Shown here: piece after piece, positions 1 through 9,653 of the stretch
Layout: each line of letters begins with the position of its first letter
Position numbering within the stretch: the first letter of the stretch is position 1
The notes under the pieces: generated by a model
What the model saw: only the letters and a program-made list of their open reading frames with translations
Told to the model about the DNA's origin: nothing
Database searches by the model: none
Program-made: the position numbers and the translations under genes
From: a virus
Taxonomy: Duplodnaviria; Caudoviricetes
Length of the DNA: 63,279 bases
IMG/VR virus record: IMGVR_UViG_3300046004_002250
Coordinates: 1 to 63,279 of that record
Strand: one strand, 5' to 3'

Positions 1-1
1 A

Positions 2-412
2 GGCGACACGCCATCTTTGAATCTGGCCGCACATTTGGGCAAGCTGACGCGCTTCAATGATCCGCTGGATGCGGGCTGGGATCTGCGGGATGCGCGGGGC
101 CGGTCGGCGCGGGTGTTTGCACCGGGCAGTCAGGGCCGTGAGCGGCGGCCGAAGGAGTGGTATGAAAAGATCGACAACGAGCGCAAGCTCTGGGCGGGTG
201 CGGCACTGGCCGGCACGGGTCTGGGCGCAGCGGTCATGCACAAGCTGGGCGGCAAGAAGCTGACCGGAGCCACGGAGCGGGCCGTGCAAGCTGAGCGGGC
301 CAAGATCCGCAAGGCGCTGCAAGCCGTGCACAAGAAGCGGGCCGCGGCAGGTGGGCCGCCACCGTCCAACATTCGATTCATGCCCAAACCATCCGCAGGG
401 GCAGCGGCTTAA
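2..412 (+). CDS. 3' end of the large polyprotein (diverged copy of the C-terminus of 57650-61480), 5'-truncated by the window edge
   Basis: Translation nearly matches the last ~135 aa of ORF 57641-61480 (LGKLTRF vs LGKVTRF ... MPKPSAGAAA). Confidence 0.9.
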   Translation, partial: GDTPSLNLAAHLGKLTRFNDPLDAGWDLRDARGRSARVFAPGSQGRERRPKEWYEKIDNERKLWAGAALAGTGLGAAVMHKLGGKKLTGATERAVQAERAKIRKALQAVHKKRAAAGGPPPSNIRFMPKPSAGAAA

Positions 413-450
413 TTGACAACTTCACCCAAACTGACAGACACACTTTTTCC

Positions 451-1242
451 ATGAACACACGCCAACTCATTCAACTCTCCTCCCGTCTCAACGGGGCACT
501 CAACCAATTTGCCCTGGTGGCTAATGCCAGTGGGGAATACCCGTGGCAGCAGCAGCAGCGCGAGAAGCGCAATGGTCGCATGGTCAAGGCGGGCGTGGGT
601 GCCGCTGTGCTCGGTGGTGCCGGAATCTACGGCCATCAGAGCGTGATGAACCGCGCTGCCGCCGCTGGTCCGGTGCGTGCCCGTGATGCTTACAAGTCCG
701 TGGGCAATGAGGTGATGGACAAAGTGAAGCCTGCTATGGATGCCGCTGGAGCGCGTGCGGGTGCTTATGGCAAGAATCTCAAAGGTGCCTATCAGGGTGC
801 GCGTGCCGGTGCTGCTGGCATGGGCTGGAAAAAACCCGGCATGGGTGTGGGCCGCGCTGCGATGGCGGCCCTCAAAGGCGTGCGCTTCTCTACCGCTGAA
901 CGTCTGGTCGAACTGGAAGCGCAGTTGGATGGGGCGCTGGTGGAGTTTGCGGAGCAGCCATCCAACAAAAAGAAAAAACTGGCAATCGCTGGTGGTGCTG
1001 CAGCCGGGATTGGTGCGGGTGCTTATCTTGGTGACCGCGCCATCATGGGTGCCGCCAAGAAGAAGTATGGATTCACCCCAACTCGCGCCAATGCTTACGG
1101 TGATGCCGTCACCAGCGGCATGCAGGCAGGAAAGCGCGGCCTGAAAAAAGGCATGGCTCAAGCATCTTATCATGCCGAGCCAGCCCTGCGCAAAATCAAG
1201 GGTGCGCTGGGTCTGCGTAAAGTCGTGGGCAAGCTCAAGTAA
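451..1242 (+). CDS. Basic Gly/Ala-rich modular protein, putative internal virion/ejection polyprotein
   Basis: Two leader-like motifs (QLIQLSSRLNGALNQF; RLVELEAQLDGALVEF), each followed by a Gly/Ala hydrophobic segment flanked by K/R; lies between portal and protease. Confidence 0.7.
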   Translation: MNTRQLIQLSSRLNGALNQFALVANASGEYPWQQQQREKRNGRMVKAGVGAAVLGGAGIYGHQSVMNRAAAAGPVRARDAYKSVGNEVMDKVKPAMDAAGARAGAYGKNLKGAYQGARAGAAGMGWKKPGMGVGRAAMAALKGVRFSTAERLVELEAQLDGALVEFAEQPSNKKKKLAIAGGAAAGIGAGAYLGDRAIMGAAKKKYGFTPTRANAYGDAVTSGMQAGKRGLKKGMAQASYHAEPALRKIKGALGLRKVVGKLK

Positions 1243-1269
1243 TCCATCATCCCTCATGCCACCGCCGCC

Positions 1270-2253
1270 ATGACATCCCTCTCCCAACTCTCCCGCTTGC
1301 TCACGCAGTTTGAAAAACTGGATCTTGGTTACACCTATGACGACAGTTACCCCTGTCTGGCATCATCGGGTGACTCCAAAGCACCGAAGATTCAGTATCC
1401 GAATCTGTATGTGAACCGGGTGAAGGATGATGTCATGGCGGTGCCGGAGACGGGCACGGCGCTGGTGGAATACAAGATCACCGGCCGCAACATGAACCAG
1501 CGGGATGGCAAGAAAAAGTATGGCATGGATGTCGAGATCCGCAGCTTTGACCCGCAAGCCGGAGCCAAGCTGCTGGCCAAGGCTGGCAAACCCGGCGCTG
1601 CCAAAACCCTAATGCTGATGGCGCAGGGTGAGGTGACGGAGTTTGCTGGAGGTTACATGAACACGAATGACGGAGTGCAAAAGGAGCGCGGGGTGGTGGC
1701 GCATCTGAAACGCAACGCGGCTACTTATGCCAGCATTCCGCTTTTTCTCCCCACACCTGCTGATGACGTTTTAAGCAATTTAATTCCGGCGGCTGGTGCT
1801 GGAATTGACCGGCTTCTCAGGAAGAATAACAACATCCGCAAAACCAGCTACGAGCCAAAGGTGGACAAGAAGGGTCGCGGCCTGTGGAAAGTCCAGCCGG
1901 ATGGCAAAGTGATCAAATTCTCCGACCGCACCCGTGATGGTGATGGGCAGTTTGTGGGGGCGGCGACGGGTGGGGCGGACCCGGTGACGATGCGGCAGGC
2001 GTATGGCAAGAAGCTGGCGGTGGGGGCGGGAGCGTCGGCACTGGCCGGGGCGGGGCTGCTCGGTGGCACGCAGGGCGGGCGCAAGCTGGCCAGCAAGGGA
2101 CTCAAGGTGGCGGGGGCCAAGCTGCGGGATCTGCGCGCTGGACTGGTGAGCCGCTCCAGCGGTGGCCGTGGCAAGGGCTTTATGCAGGGGGGGGCTGAGA
2201 AGGCTTCCGGGCGTGGGTCGATGCTGCAACGGGAGATGCGGCGCGGCGCGTGA
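1270..2253 (+). CDS. Modular putative internal virion protein
   Basis: SRLLTQF, EVTEF and KVIKF junctions; RDGDGQF motif; C-terminal Gly/Ala segment and basic tail. Confidence 0.65.
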   Translation: MTSLSQLSRLLTQFEKLDLGYTYDDSYPCLASSGDSKAPKIQYPNLYVNRVKDDVMAVPETGTALVEYKITGRNMNQRDGKKKYGMDVEIRSFDPQAGAKLLAKAGKPGAAKTLMLMAQGEVTEFAGGYMNTNDGVQKERGVVAHLKRNAATYASIPLFLPTPADDVLSNLIPAAGAGIDRLLRKNNNIRKTSYEPKVDKKGRGLWKVQPDGKVIKFSDRTRDGDGQFVGAATGGADPVTMRQAYGKKLAVGAGASALAGAGLLGGTQGGRKLASKGLKVAGAKLRDLRAGLVSRSSGGRGKGFMQGGAEKASGRGSMLQREMRRGA

Positions 2254-2279
2254 AGGATTGACAGGGGTGGGGTTTTGCA

Positions 2280-3608
2280 ATGAGCAAACCCCTATACACA
2301 TTTGAGACGTTCGGTGCCGATGGTGCCGTGGATGCAGAGAATGCCGTGATCAGCGGCGTGAGCATGATTACTGGTGGCCTGACGGCCAAGGGTCATGGGC
2401 TGGAGGTGGATGGCAAGACGCTGAAACAAATCTACCTCTGCGCCAAAAAGATGGGCCAGGTGCCGGTGAAGACCAATCATGGCAGTGGTGTGGATGCGGT
2501 GAACGGTTTCCTGACCAACTTCCGCATCGATGGCGACAAGGTGCGCGGTGACTGGCATCTCCTCCGGACGTATGCCACCACGGAGCATCTGCTGGAAATG
2601 GCGGAGCGGATGCCGAACAGTGTTGGCTTGTCCGTGGCCTTCCGTGGCGAGCCGGAGACGGCGGATGGGGAGACCATCTTCCATGATGAAAAGACCAAGA
2701 CGGATTACACGCTGGCGGCAGGCGGGCGCAAGGTGCCATTGAAAGCCGGCACCCCGAAACATGCACGCTGCACGGAGCTGGTGAGCACTGATCTGGTGGC
2801 CAGTCCAGCGGCCAATCCGGGCGGGATGTTCAGCGCGGGCGTTGACAGTCCGGAGAAAGGCATGGCTAAAACCACTGAATCCAATCCCACTCCTGCCGCT
2901 GAACCGACTTTGGCGGATGTCATGAACGCTATCAACGGCATCAATCAGCGCATCGAAGCGATTGAAGCCGGTGGTCAAAACGACGATGAACCGGAACTCT
3001 CTGATGAAGAAGTCCAGGAACTCATCGACAACGGCACTCTTGTCGAAGACGGCGAAGGCGGTCTGATGCTGGCTGAAGAAGCTGGTGAAGGCGAGGGTGA
3101 AGGCGAGGGCGAAGGTGAGGGCGAAGGCGAAGGCGAGCACGAAGCTGCCGAAGCTCATGCCCTTTCCAACAACGACCCGATCAAATACTTTGAAGCTCGC
3201 TGCAACAAACTGGAAGCCATGCTTGCCGGTGAGAAGCAGGCCAAGAAGCGTCAGGCTGAACAGACCATGTTTGCCACCATTGAGGCCAAGCAGGAGGCGC
3301 TGATCACCCGCTTTGAGGAAGTGCAGGCTGAAAACGTGGCGCTGCGTGAACTGGTGGCTGAATACCAGTCCGGCGGTGCGGTGAAGCTGAGCAGCAGCGC
3401 CGAGTCGATCATGTTCGATGAATCCGGTGAAGTGGAAGCAGGATCGCCCTTTGAAAAGCGCGTGGCTGCCAAGTTCACGGAACTGCGCAAGAGCCAGCCG
3501 ACTCTGTCGGAGTTCTCGGCCAAGGCTGAGGCCATGAAGTTCGCCATCGCCACCTACCCGGCGGACTACACGGCGCACCAGAAGAACAAGGGCATCACGA
3601 CCCTCTAA
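2280..3608 (+). CDS. Prohead maturation protease fused to scaffold
   Basis: KTNHG, GLSVAF and DLVASPAANPGGMFS motifs typical of phage prohead serine proteases; acidic/coiled-coil C-terminal half; upstream of cement and capsid genes. Confidence 0.8.
   Translation: MSKPLYTFETFGADGAVDAENAVISGVSMITGGLTAKGHGLEVDGKTLKQIYLCAKKMGQVPVKTNHGSGVDAVNGFLTNFRIDGDKVRGDWHLLRTYATTEHLLEMAERMPNSVGLSVAFRGEPETADGETIFHDEKTKTDYTLAAGGRKVPLKAGTPKHARCTELVSTDLVASPAANPGGMFSAGVDSPEKGMAKTTESNPTPAAEPTLADVMNAINGINQRIEAIEAGGQNDDEPELSDEEVQELIDNGTLVEDGEGGLMLAEEAGEGEGEGEGEGEGEGEGEHEAAEAHALSNNDPIKYFEARCNKLEAMLAGEKQAKKRQAEQTMFATIEAKQEALITRFEEVQAENVALRELVAEYQSGGAVKLSSSAESIMFDESGEVEAGSPFEKRVAAKFTELRKSQPTLSEFSAKAEAMKFAIATYPADYTAHQKNKGITTL
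2862..3608 (+). CDS. Nested in-frame scaffold protein (internal start MAKTTESN)
   Basis: In-frame ATG right after the protease domain, preceded by TTGAC-N15 (2842); analogous to lambda C/Nu3. Confidence 0.65.
   Translation: MAKTTESNPTPAAEPTLADVMNAINGINQRIEAIEAGGQNDDEPELSDEEVQELIDNGTLVEDGEGGLMLAEEAGEGEGEGEGEGEGEGEGEHEAAEAHALSNNDPIKYFEARCNKLEAMLAGEKQAKKRQAEQTMFATIEAKQEALITRFEEVQAENVALRELVAEYQSGGAVKLSSSAESIMFDESGEVEAGSPFEKRVAAKFTELRKSQPTLSEFSAKAEAMKFAIATYPADYTAHQKNKGITTL
3083..3137 (+). repeat. Coding hexamer tandem repeat (Gly-Glu)n
   Basis: GGYGAR units encoding GEGEGE... Confidence 0.9.
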
Positions 3609-3646
3609 TCCTGCGGCTGAATCTCACACACGAAAAAACACACATC

Positions 3647-4363
3647 ATGCAACATAGCACACATTTGAGTCTGGTCGCCGATACCGGCGTGGCCATCACG
3701 ATGGGCCGCCGAATCGCCAACGTGGCGGGTTTCGCCGTCCATGCCGGAGCCGCCCAGCGGTTCATGGGCAGCAGCGAAGCCGATTTCAACGGCTCTGAAC
3801 CCTCTGCCAACACGGTGGGCGTGCATCGCCGCACCAACGGCAGTCACTACGCCACCCATGACGGCACCACGGCCATCACCGCTGGTGATGCCATCCAGGG
3901 CGCTGCGTTGGGCAAGATCGACAAGCATGCAGCCGTGGCCAAGGCCATCGCCATGCCAGCCGCAGCCGCCACGGCGGTGACGGCCAGCCATGACCTGTCG
4001 GCTGATCCGGTGAACGGTCTGCAAGTGCAGGTCGTCATCCCTGCCCTGCCTTCGTTGGTGGACGCCAAGGTGGCTACCTTCACGGTGCAGGACAGCGCCG
4101 ATGACATCACCTTTGCCACGATGGTGGGCGTGCCTGCCATCACCCGCACCGGTGCTAGCTCGGCCGGTTCTGCGGCCCTGACCACGAACATTGTGCTGGC
4201 TCCAACGGCCCGCCGTTACGTGCGTCTCTCCGCTGCGGTGGAGTCTGGTGGCGGCAGCAACATCGCCGTCTCGGTCACGCTGAACCTGCTGATGCCGAAG
4301 ATCGGGCAGGCTTTGGAATCGTCCAGCGCGGACGGCACCATCATCCGTGTCACTTACGACTGA
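3647..4363 (+). CDS. Capsid cement/decoration protein with inserted domain
   Basis: Between scaffold and MCP; AITAGD...GKI and IGQALESSSADGTIIRV resemble DUF2190-type cement; internal ...TVQDSADD...RRYVRL domain. Confidence 0.65.
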   Translation: MQHSTHLSLVADTGVAITMGRRIANVAGFAVHAGAAQRFMGSSEADFNGSEPSANTVGVHRRTNGSHYATHDGTTAITAGDAIQGAALGKIDKHAAVAKAIAMPAAAATAVTASHDLSADPVNGLQVQVVIPALPSLVDAKVATFTVQDSADDITFATMVGVPAITRTGASSAGSAALTTNIVLAPTARRYVRLSAAVESGGGSNIAVSVTLNLLMPKIGQALESSSADGTIIRVTYD

Positions 4364-4404
4364 TCAACCTCAACCGAACAGACACACTTTAACGACACAA
4401 AATT

Positions 4405-5376
4405 ATGGCATACGCAAACACAGCCGCCGTCTCCCGCCCAGAAATCCGCGTCCTGCTTGAACAGGCCCGCGAAGCTGACAAGGGTCTGATCGCAGACAAA
4501 GTCCTTGGGGTTTACTCCAGCGAGGACCCAACCGGGCGCTACCCGCGCTACAACATCGGCAACGGCGGCCTTCTGGACGCTGACACCGACACCAAGCGCG
4601 CCCCAGGCACCGGCTACAAGCGCATCAACCGCAGCTACGAATGGGACACCTTCGATTGCGAGGACAGGGGCCTTGAAGAGGCGGTCGATGAAACGGACGC
4701 CCGCAAGGTGAAGAAGTTCTTCGACATGGAAGTTTCCAGCTCCCAGAAGCTGCGCCGCAACACGGCACTGGCCTATGAGAAGCGTGTGGCAGACAAGGTG
4801 ATGAGCGCTGCCAACAGCGGTTTCACCGCCGCCAATAGCGTGGTGGCCTACACGGAAGCCAATCTGGCGACCATCGACCTGCCGCGTGACATCCAGGAAG
4901 CCAAGCAATACCTGACCGCCCGTGGCGTGAATCAGGAGGAGATGTCTCTGGTGATGAGCAACGTGGTCTATGACCGCCTGCGCCGCTCCCCGAAACTGCT
5001 GTCCTATGTGTTCGGCAACCATGCGGATGTGGGCAACAAGCGCCTCAATCTGGCTGAACTGGCGGATGCGCTTGAGGTCAAGGAAATCCTGCTCGGCACC
5101 CGCAGCCGCAACTCAGCCAAAAAGGGCGGCACCCTTTCCCTGAGCGCGATCTGGGGCACCAGCACGGTGCTGCTGGCCAACCTCAAGTCGGGTGAGTTCA
5201 GCGAAGGCGGTATCGGCCGCACGATCGTCTGGACGGAAGATGCTTCCGGCCTGTATGTGGCTGAAAGCTACCGTGATGAAACCAACCGCTCGGACATTGT
5301 CCGCGTGCGTCAGAACAGCACGGAGAAGGTCACGGATGTGAATGAGGGCTACCTCATCACGACTCAGTGGGCCTGA
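4405..5376 (+). CDS. Major capsid protein (lambda gpE-like position and size)
   Basis: 323 aa after protease and cement, strongly biased codons, followed by a terminator; TKRAPG...YKRI and YRDE...DIVRVR motifs. Confidence 0.85.
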   Translation: MAYANTAAVSRPEIRVLLEQAREADKGLIADKVLGVYSSEDPTGRYPRYNIGNGGLLDADTDTKRAPGTGYKRINRSYEWDTFDCEDRGLEEAVDETDARKVKKFFDMEVSSSQKLRRNTALAYEKRVADKVMSAANSGFTAANSVVAYTEANLATIDLPRDIQEAKQYLTARGVNQEEMSLVMSNVVYDRLRRSPKLLSYVFGNHADVGNKRLNLAELADALEVKEILLGTRSRNSAKKGGTLSLSAIWGTSTVLLANLKSGEFSEGGIGRTIVWTEDASGLYVAESYRDETNRSDIVRVRQNSTEKVTDVNEGYLITTQWA

Positions 5377-5400
5377 TGAAAGGATGAAGTCAGAAGGATG

Positions 5401-5432
5401 AAGCGCCGCCGGGAAACTGGCGGCGCTTTTTT
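5401..5432 (+). terminator. Rho-independent terminator
   Basis: AAGCGCCGCC-GGGAAACT-GGCGGCGCTT hairpin followed by a T run. Confidence 0.9.
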
Positions 5433-5459
5433 GTGTCGGTTGACGGGCACTTGTAGTGT

Positions 5460-6005
5460 ATGCGGTGTTATGTAAACCTGACTGAGGGCACAGTGAGCGG
5501 CGAGTATCCGGCGAGAGCCGGGGGCTACCGGCAACTGGTGAAGGCGCTCACGGGTGAGCGGGTGGAGATCCGCTTCATCCAGCATGGCAGTCCCTATGCC
5601 CTGCCCTCTGGCACGGAACTCAAGCTGGTGGTGCGTGACACTAAGGGTGGTGTGCTGCTGGCAGAGCAGACCAGCTTCACGGCACCGGACGATGTGAGCA
5701 GCGGATTTTACACAGCGCGGTTGAGTTTCAACACCGTGAGCGTGGTGACTCTACTGGCGGCCAACCCCCTGAAAACCAGCCTGCCGGTGCTGGGTGAAAT
5801 CTTGTGGAAACTGAGCGGAGCCACCGACTGGGAAGCCAGCGATGACCTGCAACTGACCCTGCAACGCAAGGTGAGCACGGGCGACGACGAAGGCAATCCG
5901 CTGGGCGTGCCGCAGACCATCACGGCAGGCGGGTTCATGCGTTACGAGGCGGCAGATGGCACGGTTTACCATCTGGCGCTCAATCTTGGCGAACCTCCGG
6001 CTTAA
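5460..6005 (+). CDS. Structural protein (fibre-anchoring/BppU-like, tentative)
   Basis: Beta-rich ORF directly before the fibre gene; preceded by TTGAC-N15. Confidence 0.5.
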   Translation: MRCYVNLTEGTVSGEYPARAGGYRQLVKALTGERVEIRFIQHGSPYALPSGTELKLVVRDTKGGVLLAEQTSFTAPDDVSSGFYTARLSFNTVSVVTLLAANPLKTSLPVLGEILWKLSGATDWEASDDLQLTLQRKVSTGDDEGNPLGVPQTITAGGFMRYEAADGTVYHLALNLGEPPA

Positions 6006-6026
6006 TCATTCATTCAACCTGACGAC

Positions 6027-8423
6027 ATGCGATCCCTCCTCTGCGGCTTTTTTACCTTCATCTTCATCCTGTCTGCCTGCGCTCAAACCGTGGGGCAATG
6101 GGAACTGCGCAAGCGCGGCAGCACTGGCATGACCAGCTACGGCATCACGGCGGAAAATGGCAAAGCGATTGGGTTCACGGCAGGCGTGCCGGCCATGCTT
6201 ACGGTGGGCGCGGGTAACGCGATGATTGGTGATCCGCTCAGCCAGTTTGCGGCCACCAGCTCGCAGCAACTGCGCAGTGTCCTCAGTGATGAATCCGGCA
6301 CGGGTTTGTTTTTAACCACCACGGGCAGTGGAGCGACGCTGACAGGCATCACGGCGGGTCAGATTAGTGGCCTGGGCACGCTGGCGACTCAGAGCGCGAC
6401 CATCAGCGACTATCTCACGACCGCATCCGCCGCCAGCACCTACCAGCAACTTGACTCCGACCTTACCGCCATCGCTGCACTGGTCACCACGACGGCCGGA
6501 CGCGCCCTGCTCGATGATGCCGATGCCACCACTCAACGCACCACCCTCGGCCTGGGCACGCTGGCGACTCAGAGCGCGACCATCAGCGACTATCTCACGA
6601 CTGCATCCGCCGCCAGCACTTATGCACCGCTAGCGTCTCCATCGTTCCTTGGTCAGATTGTATCGGACGGTGATATTCAAGGGCGCGTCGGCGGGCCCAC
6701 TCGCTACTCAGATGGCATGGTGCGCTTTTTCGGTGGGGCCAGTGCGTCGCCATGGCATGGAGGTCTTGGTGGATCTCTTTTGCTGCAAGGTGCCGATGCA
6801 GACGGCCAGCACGGTGGCAATGGCGGGTCGTTGATGATGTATGGCACCGCTGGACAAAACGCAGGTAGCATCACCACCATCGCAGGCGGTTCGCTGACGA
6901 TGGGAACAGCGAATCTGGCTGGTGGGGCTGTGGCGGGAACGATTCTAACTACCAACGGTTCTGCTGCTGGGCTTACTGACTTCCCCACCCTGAATCAGAA
7001 CACGACTGGAAACGCAGCGACTGTCACAACGAATGCGAACCTCACGGGTCCAGTAACCTCAGTTGGGAATGCGACAACTATTACAGCGAACGCTATTGGG
7101 GCAACACAGCTTGCTTCCACGGCAGTCACAGCGGGCAGTTACACGTCCACAAACCTGACCGTGGATGCTGATGGCAGGATCACCGCAGCCAGCAATGGCA
7201 GTGGTGGCGGTGCCACACTGGGAGCCAATACATTTACGGGGGCGCAATTACTGACGGTCAATGCTGTAGCCTCCACACCAGCACTGAAACTCACAGGCAC
7301 TGTGTATGCAGGGACAGGTTCAACCTCGACACCATTGCTGCAAATTGAGCCCTCTACGGTGACGGTCTCAAATACTTGGAACACAGCAGGCAGCATGTTT
7401 GGCCTAAATTCCCCGGCAGCATTCACGGGTGACCTGATGATGGTCCAAAAGAATGGAGCCAAGAGATTCCGTGTGACCAGCTCGGATGCCAGTGAATCAA
7501 ACAGTCAAGTGGTCGAAATTAAGGATGACTCCAATTTCATGCTGAAAGTCAGCGGCAGTGTAATCGACACCACGCGAGGTGCGCTCTATCTAGGTTATTC
7601 TGCTTGCCCCGCAGTTTACCTTACCTCTGGAGCCGCCGTGGAATTGACCACTACCAGCATCTCCTTTGGTGGCGATACCTACATGAGAAAAGACGCCTCT
7701 AATACCATGGCGTTCTCGAACTCGACTAACCCCCAAAAGGTGCGAGTTTACGAGACCGATCCGAGCGGGGCCAATGATGAGTATCTCGAAATCTCAGCAG
7801 CCAGCGGATCGAACACGATCAAGCCAGTAGCTACTGGCACTGGTGTAGCTTCCCAAGTGCGCTACTACACCACACCAACAGTCTGGGTTGGGAGCGGGAC
7901 TGGCTCTCCTGAAAGCGTGGAAACAGCTGCTATAGGAAGTGCTTACACCGATAGGTCAACGGGAGAGCTTTACACCAAAACTTCCGGCACTGGTAATACA
8001 GGTTGGGCAGTAGTCGGCGCAGCAGCACCACCACCAACACCAGCCACGCCAGAAACGGCGCATGGCATAGAGCTCTCTGACGAAACGAGCGACAATACTG
8101 CGTCCAGCACTGTCCCAAAGCGGACTTTCCGTATGCCGTATGCGATGACAATCACGCGGCTAAAGTGCTGCCTCACTAAGGCTGCTACGGGAGCTACTTT
8201 TATCGTGGATGTCCATAAGGATGGGACTAGCGTGATGACTACAAACAAACTATCTGTAGATGCTGGTGAAACTACAAGTGCCACAGCTGCCACTGCACAC
8301 ACGCTGACCTCAACGGCATTCGCGGAGGACGCAGTTCTTGAGTTTTTTATCGACCAAGTTGGAACCACCACAGACAACACGGGAGAGGGAGTCAAAGTTT
8401 GGGTCATCGGAACAATCGACTAA
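6027..8423 (+). CDS. Tail or head fibre protein
   Basis: 798 aa T/G/A/S-rich; LGLGTLATQ repeats and TVDADGRITAASNG fibre motif; hydrophobic N-terminus. Confidence 0.8.
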   Translation: MRSLLCGFFTFIFILSACAQTVGQWELRKRGSTGMTSYGITAENGKAIGFTAGVPAMLTVGAGNAMIGDPLSQFAATSSQQLRSVLSDESGTGLFLTTTGSGATLTGITAGQISGLGTLATQSATISDYLTTASAASTYQQLDSDLTAIAALVTTTAGRALLDDADATTQRTTLGLGTLATQSATISDYLTTASAASTYAPLASPSFLGQIVSDGDIQGRVGGPTRYSDGMVRFFGGASASPWHGGLGGSLLLQGADADGQHGGNGGSLMMYGTAGQNAGSITTIAGGSLTMGTANLAGGAVAGTILTTNGSAAGLTDFPTLNQNTTGNAATVTTNANLTGPVTSVGNATTITANAIGATQLASTAVTAGSYTSTNLTVDADGRITAASNGSGGGATLGANTFTGAQLLTVNAVASTPALKLTGTVYAGTGSTSTPLLQIEPSTVTVSNTWNTAGSMFGLNSPAAFTGDLMMVQKNGAKRFRVTSSDASESNSQVVEIKDDSNFMLKVSGSVIDTTRGALYLGYSACPAVYLTSGAAVELTTTSISFGGDTYMRKDASNTMAFSNSTNPQKVRVYETDPSGANDEYLEISAASGSNTIKPVATGTGVASQVRYYTTPTVWVGSGTGSPESVETAAIGSAYTDRSTGELYTKTSGTGNTGWAVVGAAAPPPTPATPETAHGIELSDETSDNTASSTVPKRTFRMPYAMTITRLKCCLTKAATGATFIVDVHKDGTSVMTTNKLSVDAGETTSATAATAHTLTSTAFAEDAVLEFFIDQVGTTTDNTGEGVKVWVIGTID
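6369..6619 (+). repeat. 71-bp internal direct repeat in the fibre gene (6369-6439 / 6549-6619)
   Basis: One mismatch between copies, 180 bp apart. Confidence 0.95.
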
Positions 8424-8424
8424 A

Positions 8425-9192
8425 ATGCGCTGCGTCAAACACATCCTCGCTATAGCTTGCATCCTCGCAGCATTACCCGCTGCTGGATTCATCTTTGGTT
8501 TTGTGAGTACCTCGGGAGGGGGCGACCCATCGTTCAGTAGCGTCAAACTGCTACTGCACGCCGATGGCACCAATGGTGCGACCAGCACCACCGACTCTAG
8601 CTCAGTGAACAATACCGTCACTTTTGGTGGTAACGCGCAGCTAAATACTACGGCCCCTAAATTTGGGACGGCGTCAGTGTTATTGGATGGGACGGGAGAT
8701 TATCTTGAAGTTGAAGACTCCTCTGACTGGGATTTTGGGACAGGCGCATTTACAATAGAAGGCTGGGTAAAATTTACCGCAGCGTCAGACGCCAGTACTT
8801 TCGTCAGTACCTATAACAGCGGAAATGGATTTACTTTTAGGTTCAATGATACAAGTCACTGTTTAGAATTTTTGTGGGGAGGAACAATGATAGCCTCGAC
8901 AACCGCTTGGACATGGGTGCCAACCAATGGATTATGGCAGCATTTTGCGGTTTGCCGCAGTGGCACTAGTTTAAGGATGTTTATTGATGGCGTGCAATAC
9001 GGCACCACAGCTACAGATAGCACAAACATGACAGGCTCTACAGTTGCGCTACAAATAGGGTGTCTGCCTTATGGGTTGCCAACACGTTACCATTTTCTAA
9101 ATGGCCGATTTGACGACATCCGCATCAGTAAAGGTGTCGGTCGATATATAGCCAACTTTACGCCACCAACTAGTGCTTTCTCTAACTTCTAA
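8425..9192 (+). CDS. LamG/concanavalin-A-like lectin domain protein (receptor-binding candidate)
   Basis: LLLHADG, FGTASVLLDGTGDYL, FTIEGWV, WQHFAVCR, GRFDDIRISKGVGRY. Confidence 0.85.
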   Translation: MRCVKHILAIACILAALPAAGFIFGFVSTSGGGDPSFSSVKLLLHADGTNGATSTTDSSSVNNTVTFGGNAQLNTTAPKFGTASVLLDGTGDYLEVEDSSDWDFGTGAFTIEGWVKFTAASDASTFVSTYNSGNGFTFRFNDTSHCLEFLWGGTMIASTTAWTWVPTNGLWQHFAVCRSGTSLRMFIDGVQYGTTATDSTNMTGSTVALQIGCLPYGLPTRYHFLNGRFDDIRISKGVGRYIANFTPPTSAFSNF

Positions 9193-9653
9193 TGAGACTT
9201 CTATACAACACCGTAACTCAGGCTGTTAGTCAGTATCCACGCAGCGACGATGAGGATATTGTCGGGCTGTCTGCTGAATACTTGGCAATGACTGTGACGC
9301 ACGATGAGACTCCTGCGTATAACCCTGTTACACAGCTCCTAGCCAGAGTCGAAACCATCGACGTTCCTGCCCGCACGATCCACTACAGTTGGACTATCAC
9401 CGACTTGCCACCAGCAGTAAAGGTGTGGCCGACTAAGTCGGAGTTCTGGGCAGAGCTTACCGATACCGAGAAGGCAGGCATCATCACTTGCCCGGACGTT
9501 GGCATCAAGCTCCTTGATAAAGAGCTCACGATGTGGACCGCTACCGTGCGGGCCGATGACGCTCGTATCCTTGCTGGGCTGACTGCACTAGTGACGGCTG
9601 GCATCTTGAGTGAATCCCGCAAAACCGAAATCCTAAGCACTACAACACCATGA
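9192..9653 (+). CDS. Fibre-associated/assembly protein
   Basis: Translationally coupled to the LamG gene; PAYNPVTQ and GILSESRKTEIL motifs. Confidence 0.55.
   Translation: MRLLYNTVTQAVSQYPRSDDEDIVGLSAEYLAMTVTHDETPAYNPVTQLLARVETIDVPARTIHYSWTITDLPPAVKVWPTKSEFWAELTDTEKAGIITCPDVGIKLLDKELTMWTATVRADDARILAGLTALVTAGILSESRKTEILSTTTP

Larger units (their letters stand above)
1..2174 (+). repeat. Terminal direct repeat, left copy (diverged)
   Basis: Aligns colinearly with 61069-63279, starting AGGCGACACGCCATCTTTGAATCTGGC; many substitutions and some indels. Confidence 0.95.

Noticed and set aside
2292-3578. Long antisense ORFs (also 13541-15124, 27799-29040, 41976-43106, 44541-45923)
   Set aside because: Shadows of GC-rich genes on the opposite strand, with no motifs or start signals
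6369-6619. Repeat pair as DGR template and variable repeats
   Set aside because: Only one non-adenine mismatch, both copies in frame in one gene, and no reverse transcriptase in the window
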